DNA of 64,000 bases from Nitrosopumilus sp. GTDB lineage: Archaea > Thermoproteota > Nitrososphaeria > Nitrososphaerales > Nitrosopumilaceae. The stretch lies in NCBI GenBank assembly GCA_965224195.1, contig OZ245040.1, positions 1,120,001-1,184,000 of the forward strand, in the 5' to 3' direction. A model generated the notes under the pieces. It had not been told where the DNA came from. It saw only the letters and a list, made by a program, of their open reading frames with translations, and ran no database searches. A program made the position numbers and the translations under genes. Shown in pieces: positions 59,788-64,000 of this stretch (within the stretch, counting starts at the first letter, position 1; every line of letters starts with the position of its first letter).

Positions 59788-59818
59788 TAACCCAGATGAA
59801 CGATTCATCAGTGGGTTA
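59788..59818. other. Inverted repeat/hairpin between convergent genes
   Basis: TAACCCA-GATGAA-CGA-TTCATC-AG-TGGGTTA; second hairpin TTTGATGA-TCAC-TCATCAAA at 59726-59745. Confidence 0.6.
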
Positions 59819-60916
59819 TCTGAGTTCAGAAGTTCCTCTATTAGTTTGATAACTTCCAGCTGATTCTCCAATGGACACAGCACACAAATCCTTAGGATCT
59901 ATCCCTGTTTGCTCAGTGCCCGTTTTTTTACTTTTTTTGTCACTCCAAACAAAAAAGCCAGCAGCTATTGCTACTCCGATACCTGACACGGCATACATTG
60001 TTGGAACCTGTGAATCATCGTTATCTACCGTTCCTGGGGCATTCTCTGTAACTAGAAATGACTCTATTCTTCCTGCACTTTCCTGAACATACCCTTCAAT
60101 GATTATTGTTCCATCATCTTGGCTTTCTATAGAGCGTATCGTATATTCTTCCTCATCAATAACAAAGGATTCAGTGAGGTCTCTGTCTTGGCAGACTCCG
60201 AGGTATACTGTGCATATCCCCATGGAATAGTTTGTTACAACTATGCCTGAAAACCCAAATTCTACAGTCTCACTCATTTTTGCAGTAGGATCAAACATTG
60301 ATTCCCACTTTGATAGTGGCAAGTCAGAAAGTCCTGTGGTATCTAGTAATTTTAAATCCAATACCTTCATGGCATCAGATTCTGAGAGATATCGTGCAAC
60401 CTCTGGTAGTATGACAAACACTGAGATTGGAGAGTTGATGTCATATACTCCAAATTCAGTCTCTATTGGAATTTCACCCAATACCTCAAATCCTCTCCAT
60501 TGTGAATCAAGGACAGATTCTGAAATAAAATGGCCATACATAGTTAGTTCTAGTAATATCTTGTATTCTATGGATGCCGAATTTTCATGTGGGGTGATGG
60601 TGGCAGAATATTTTCCTGTTACATCAGAGACTGTGACAAATGATTTTTCTTGCAATTGAGAGTTTATCTCTTGAATTAATACAGCGGCATTTTTAGAGTC
60701 TAAATCAAGTGATATTTTTTGTTGTGCATCTCCAAACAATTCGGCTAGTTTACTATCTTCTGAATACTGAATTGATACAATTCTTGTAAATGTAAAAACT
60801 GGTGAAAATTCATCAGAGCCTTTAGGTATTACAGCATCAAGCTGAACTGCATGTGCTGGTATCACAAATGACACTAGTACCAACATTACAACAACTCCAA
60901 CATATTTCTCATTCAT
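59816..60916 (-). CDS. Secreted, C-terminally membrane-anchored protein
   Basis: Signal peptide (PAHA), C-terminal TM, cytoplasmic EQTGIDP..GSYQTNRG tail. Confidence 0.78.
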   Translation of the reverse strand: MNEKYVGVVVMLVLVSFVIPAHAVQLDAVIPKGSDEFSPVFTFTRIVSIQYSEDSKLAELFGDAQQKISLDLDSKNAAVLIQEINSQLQEKSFVTVSDVTGKYSATITPHENSASIEYKILLELTMYGHFISESVLDSQWRGFEVLGEIPIETEFGVYDINSPISVFVILPEVARYLSESDAMKVLDLKLLDTTGLSDLPLSKWESMFDPTAKMSETVEFGFSGIVVTNYSMGICTVYLGVCQDRDLTESFVIDEEEYTIRSIESQDDGTIIIEGYVQESAGRIESFLVTENAPGTVDNDDSQVPTMYAVSGIGVAIAAGFFVWSDKKSKKTGTEQTGIDPKDLCAVSIGESAGSYQTNRGTSELR

Positions 60917-61015
60917 ACCATAAATTACATTTTATTCTATAAAACAAGAACAAGGGATTATTTTCTTTGAGAAAACATTACTCCTTTTTTATACTATTTT
61001 CACAATTACACACTC

Positions 61016-61315
61016 ATGCAAAAATACACAATCCTTACAGGACTATTTCTTGCTGCACTAATGGCTACATTTGCACAACCAGCATTTGCACAATATGATG
61101 TTCTAGATAAGGGGATATACCAAGGAATGGAAACCTCAAAAGACAAAGTAGAGATTGCAAACAAAGAGGGTGCATTAGGTTCTGGCACTCCATACTTTGC
61201 TGCAGATGGTGTACTAGGCGCATCATTACTCTCCGGTGGAGTATTTGGAGGGATTGCTGCAATGCTTTTCATTCGAGGTAAAAAAGGAAAATATGCTGCA
61301 ATTGGACGAGGGTAA
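61016..61315 (+). CDS. Small secreted/membrane protein
   Basis: Signal peptide (PAFAQ), GSGTPYFAADGVLG, C-terminal TM. Confidence 0.75.
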   Translation: MQKYTILTGLFLAALMATFAQPAFAQYDVLDKGIYQGMETSKDKVEIANKEGALGSGTPYFAADGVLGASLLSGGVFGGIAAMLFIRGKKGKYAAIGRG

Positions 61316-61401
61316 TCCCTCTCTTTTTGTGCGTAAATCCATTCAATTATTTAAAGAAAATTTTTTTTCTCACAAATAGGAAAATGTAGCATTTCTTAAG
61401 T

Positions 61402-61935
61402 ATGATTTTGACGTATTGTATGGTGATGTCAAACAAGTTCTCTCAACTATTGTGTATGGATACAATAAGAAATGCAAATAATCATCTAGAGCCAGGACAA
61501 CGAACTATGCTTGCTTGTGAAAACAATCTTCCAGAGTCAACCGTAAAGGCTGCGTTGTCTATTCTAAAAGATCATGATTATGCGCTTTGGATTGAACTAC
61601 ACGAACACAACCTAGCTGAAAAGATTATTGGAATCTATTCTGATCCAACAAAACGCCACATTCTTTTGCAAATTGATAGTCCTATTTCAAAAGATGAATT
61701 GCTTAATCAATGTGGAGCTTCACAATCTTCAGCTTATCGAAAGTTCAATGAGTTGTTGCAAGATGGTTTTATTTTGCCAGTCGGATACACCAAATCTACA
61801 AAACGTGTACGGCTATATGACAAAATAATCTCAAAGGCTGAGTTTAGCGTTTCAACAAAAATAAGTCAAATTCGACTTCAGGTAAATTTATCGCGTTTAC
61901 CAAAACTTCCAATAGGGGAGCCCATTTATCCATGA
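61402..61935 (+). CDS. ArsR-like winged-helix regulator
   Basis: YSDPTKRHILL..QSSAYRKFNELLQDGFIL; start uncertain. Confidence 0.72.
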   Translation: MILTYCMVMSNKFSQLLCMDTIRNANNHLEPGQRTMLACENNLPESTVKAALSILKDHDYALWIELHEHNLAEKIIGIYSDPTKRHILLQIDSPISKDELLNQCGASQSSAYRKFNELLQDGFILPVGYTKSTKRVRLYDKIISKAEFSVSTKISQIRLQVNLSRLPKLPIGEPIYP

Positions 61936-62516
61936 CCTCGATGGAGACTCTCCTTGCTACTTCTTTTGAGAAAAAATTTTCTGATTTTGTAGGAGATGTG
62001 GAAGTTACAAAAATTAAAAATTCAGTTTTTGAGCAATATGACATGACCCTACTATCATCCATTAAAGATTTTGAAAAATTTCAATTAATTACTGGTCAAG
62101 TTCTTGGTGATGATGGAACACCTATGATAAAGAAAACTTTAGAATCTATTTGCTCTTTAGAATCAAAATCTGAACACGTTGTGGAAATTAAAGATGAATC
62201 TCTGAAGAATGCAATTTTGTTATCTTTTGAAGATGGTGTTAAAAAACAAATTTTGGATATTGCATTTGATTATCCTCTGACAATCTGGGAAATTGCATCT
62301 AGGACAAATATTGAACCTGGAATCATTTCTGAAAATATTTCATACCTTATTTCTCATGGTTTACTTGCAACTAATGATTTACAAGATTCTGAACACAACA
62401 AAAAATATTGTTCGGTAATTGATAATTTCTCAGTAAAAACTGAAGGTGATGAATTTCACATGTATGTTACGATAAATGAAATTACAAATACTGATCCATT
62501 AAAGATAATTTCCTAG
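61932..62516 (+). CDS. ArsR-like winged-helix regulator, paralog of the upstream gene
   Basis: FEDGVKKQILDIA..PLTIWEIA..ISYLISHGLL. Confidence 0.72.
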   Translation: MTSMETLLATSFEKKFSDFVGDVEVTKIKNSVFEQYDMTLLSSIKDFEKFQLITGQVLGDDGTPMIKKTLESICSLESKSEHVVEIKDESLKNAILLSFEDGVKKQILDIAFDYPLTIWEIASRTNIEPGIISENISYLISHGLLATNDLQDSEHNKKYCSVIDNFSVKTEGDEFHMYVTINEITNTDPLKIIS

Positions 62517-62697
62517 GCTCAGAATCTCCGAAGACCTTATTTCTACTCTGTATACAACTAGTTTGAATCTCAATGGTAAAAAATTACTGGGAAAAACGCT
62601 TCAAGAAGGAACTTGTTGAGGAAGAAGATAAACTAAAACAAGAAGCTGCTGCTGTCAAAAAGAAACTTGATGAATCTGCAGAGTCTGAACCTGAATC

Positions 62698-63978
62698 TTA
62701 ATTTTCATAAACACTCAAACCATTATTATCTAAATTCAATGAATGCACATGTTCACTGTGTTCTACTCGTAATTTTGTAATCCGTATGGTTCTTTTCATT
62801 TGATTGTTAATACTTTGATTATCTAATTGGATTATCCCTGATGTGACAAATGATTCTGATGGTGTGCTGTTTTCAGAATTTTCTGAAATCAATAATGATG
62901 TGACATTAAAATTTTCTAATGATTGAATCATTCCTTGCAATCCTGCCCTCATGTGAAATTTGTTAGAATATTGCATTCCTAGAATTGATATTGAATCAAC
63001 AACAATTCTTTTAGCTTTGATTTTTTTAATGCTGTTTAACATAAATTTAGTTAAATGCTCAAACGGAATTTGCTCTGCTCTATACAAAGAATCATCTCTA
63101 CCTATTATTTCATCTTTGATTTTAAATGGTCTTAGATCTATTAGCAATACTTTTCCTTTAGAAATTAAACCTTCAATGTCCCATCCGAATGCTTTACAAT
63201 CATTTTTTATTTCATCGACACTTTGTGAAAGTGAAATGTAGACTCCTGGTTCATCATGTTCTTTTGCACCTGCACAAATAAACTGTAATCCAAATATTGT
63301 TTTTCCACTACCTGGAGGCCCTGACACTAATACCGAACTTTTCTTCTTCAAACCTGTTGTTAATGAATCGAATCCTGGAATTCCTGGTATTGTGATTTCT
63401 ACATTTTTATTTTTCTTTGTTATAATTTCAGATTTAAATATTGTAAAAAATATGACACTTCCACAAACACCTACTGCGGTTGAAAATGTTTCTCCTGCCA
63501 ATACGTAAGTGGTTCCTACTAATGATGCTAACAACCCTCCTGAAAATAACATTTGAGGAAATGTTGTACTTTTTTGAATTATTTTGACTGGTTGTTTTGG
63601 TGCTAAAATTGGTTTTATTTTTTGCTGTGTATCTTGTTTTAGAATTGGAATCTTTTCAAAACATTTGTCATGAAACCAAAAATTATTTCTTCTAATTGAT
63701 TTATCTTCTAAATTAATTTCAATGTTACATTTTATCAGATCTTCTGATAACACATTATCTATGACTATTTCAGTTTCTTGAAGAACTTCAACTGGAACCT
63801 GTTCACATAATCTTATCATTCTATGAATATACAAATAATCTGATTTTGGTAATTGGCTTTCTTTATCTAATTTTTCAATGATGTAATTTGTTCTTCCATA
63901 ATCTCCGAAATCGCTTTCTAGACTTTCTTTTAATTTTAAAATAATTTCATTTATTTCCAATATGGTAAATTCTAACAA
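62698..63978 (-). CDS. KaiC/RAD55-family RecA-like ATPase with N-terminal extension and TM hairpin
   Basis: PGFDSL, SGPPGSGKTIFGLQF, IVVDSIS, RTIRITKLR; hydrophobic segments before the ATPase domain. Confidence 0.85.
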   Translation of the reverse strand: MLEFTILEINEIILKLKESLESDFGDYGRTNYIIEKLDKESQLPKSDYLYIHRMIRLCEQVPVEVLQETEIVIDNVLSEDLIKCNIEINLEDKSIRRNNFWFHDKCFEKIPILKQDTQQKIKPILAPKQPVKIIQKSTTFPQMLFSGGLLASLVGTTYVLAGETFSTAVGVCGSVIFFTIFKSEIITKKNKNVEITIPGIPGFDSLTTGLKKKSSVLVSGPPGSGKTIFGLQFICAGAKEHDEPGVYISLSQSVDEIKNDCKAFGWDIEGLISKGKVLLIDLRPFKIKDEIIGRDDSLYRAEQIPFEHLTKFMLNSIKKIKAKRIVVDSISILGMQYSNKFHMRAGLQGMIQSLENFNVTSLLISENSENSTPSESFVTSGIIQLDNQSINNQMKRTIRITKLRVEHSEHVHSLNLDNNGLSVYEN

Positions 63979-64000
63979 TTTTCAAGTAATGGGTTATGAA

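Noticed and set aside
1481-63241. Many short antisense or overlapping ORFs in the track (e.g. 1987-2292, 16617-17099, 17424-17804, 40334-40729, 50930-51316)
   Set aside because: Shadows of well-supported genes on the other strand or frame, with no motifs of their own

Overview
AT-rich archaeal chromosome segment. Its gene set (A/V-type ATP synthase atpA/E with divergent atpI, aEF-2, futalosine-pathway mqnE/mqnD, Fe/Mn SOD, many Lrp/AsnC and small Zn-finger proteins) points to a Nitrosopumilus-like ammonia-oxidising archaeon (inference). Core genes are interleaved with two decayed IS elements (IS5 family 8502-9390; IS1595 family 28307-29190) and about a dozen nonsense or frameshift pseudogenes. 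There is a decayed virus-like/surface-protein region at about 36.1-43.8 kb. An about 11.4 kb integrase-less island starts right after the aEF-2 stop codon and carries two candidate defence/DNA-processing modules that I cannot match to a named system: (i) PIN - OB-fold - ParB-like - SNF2 - DUF3883-like nuclease - N4C/N6A methylase, with a divergent RHH-type regulator; (ii) a tandem Holliday-junction-resolvase-like pair - GHKL ATPase/HEXXH fusion - RusA-like gene. Non-coding highlights: two independent 'long direct repeat - short foreign insert - direct repeat' scars (49/29/49 and 39/35/39 bp), a duplicated operator architecture around an Lrp-GAF regulator, and a candidate about 65-nt sRNA. All calls come from reading motifs by eye; no database search was run.
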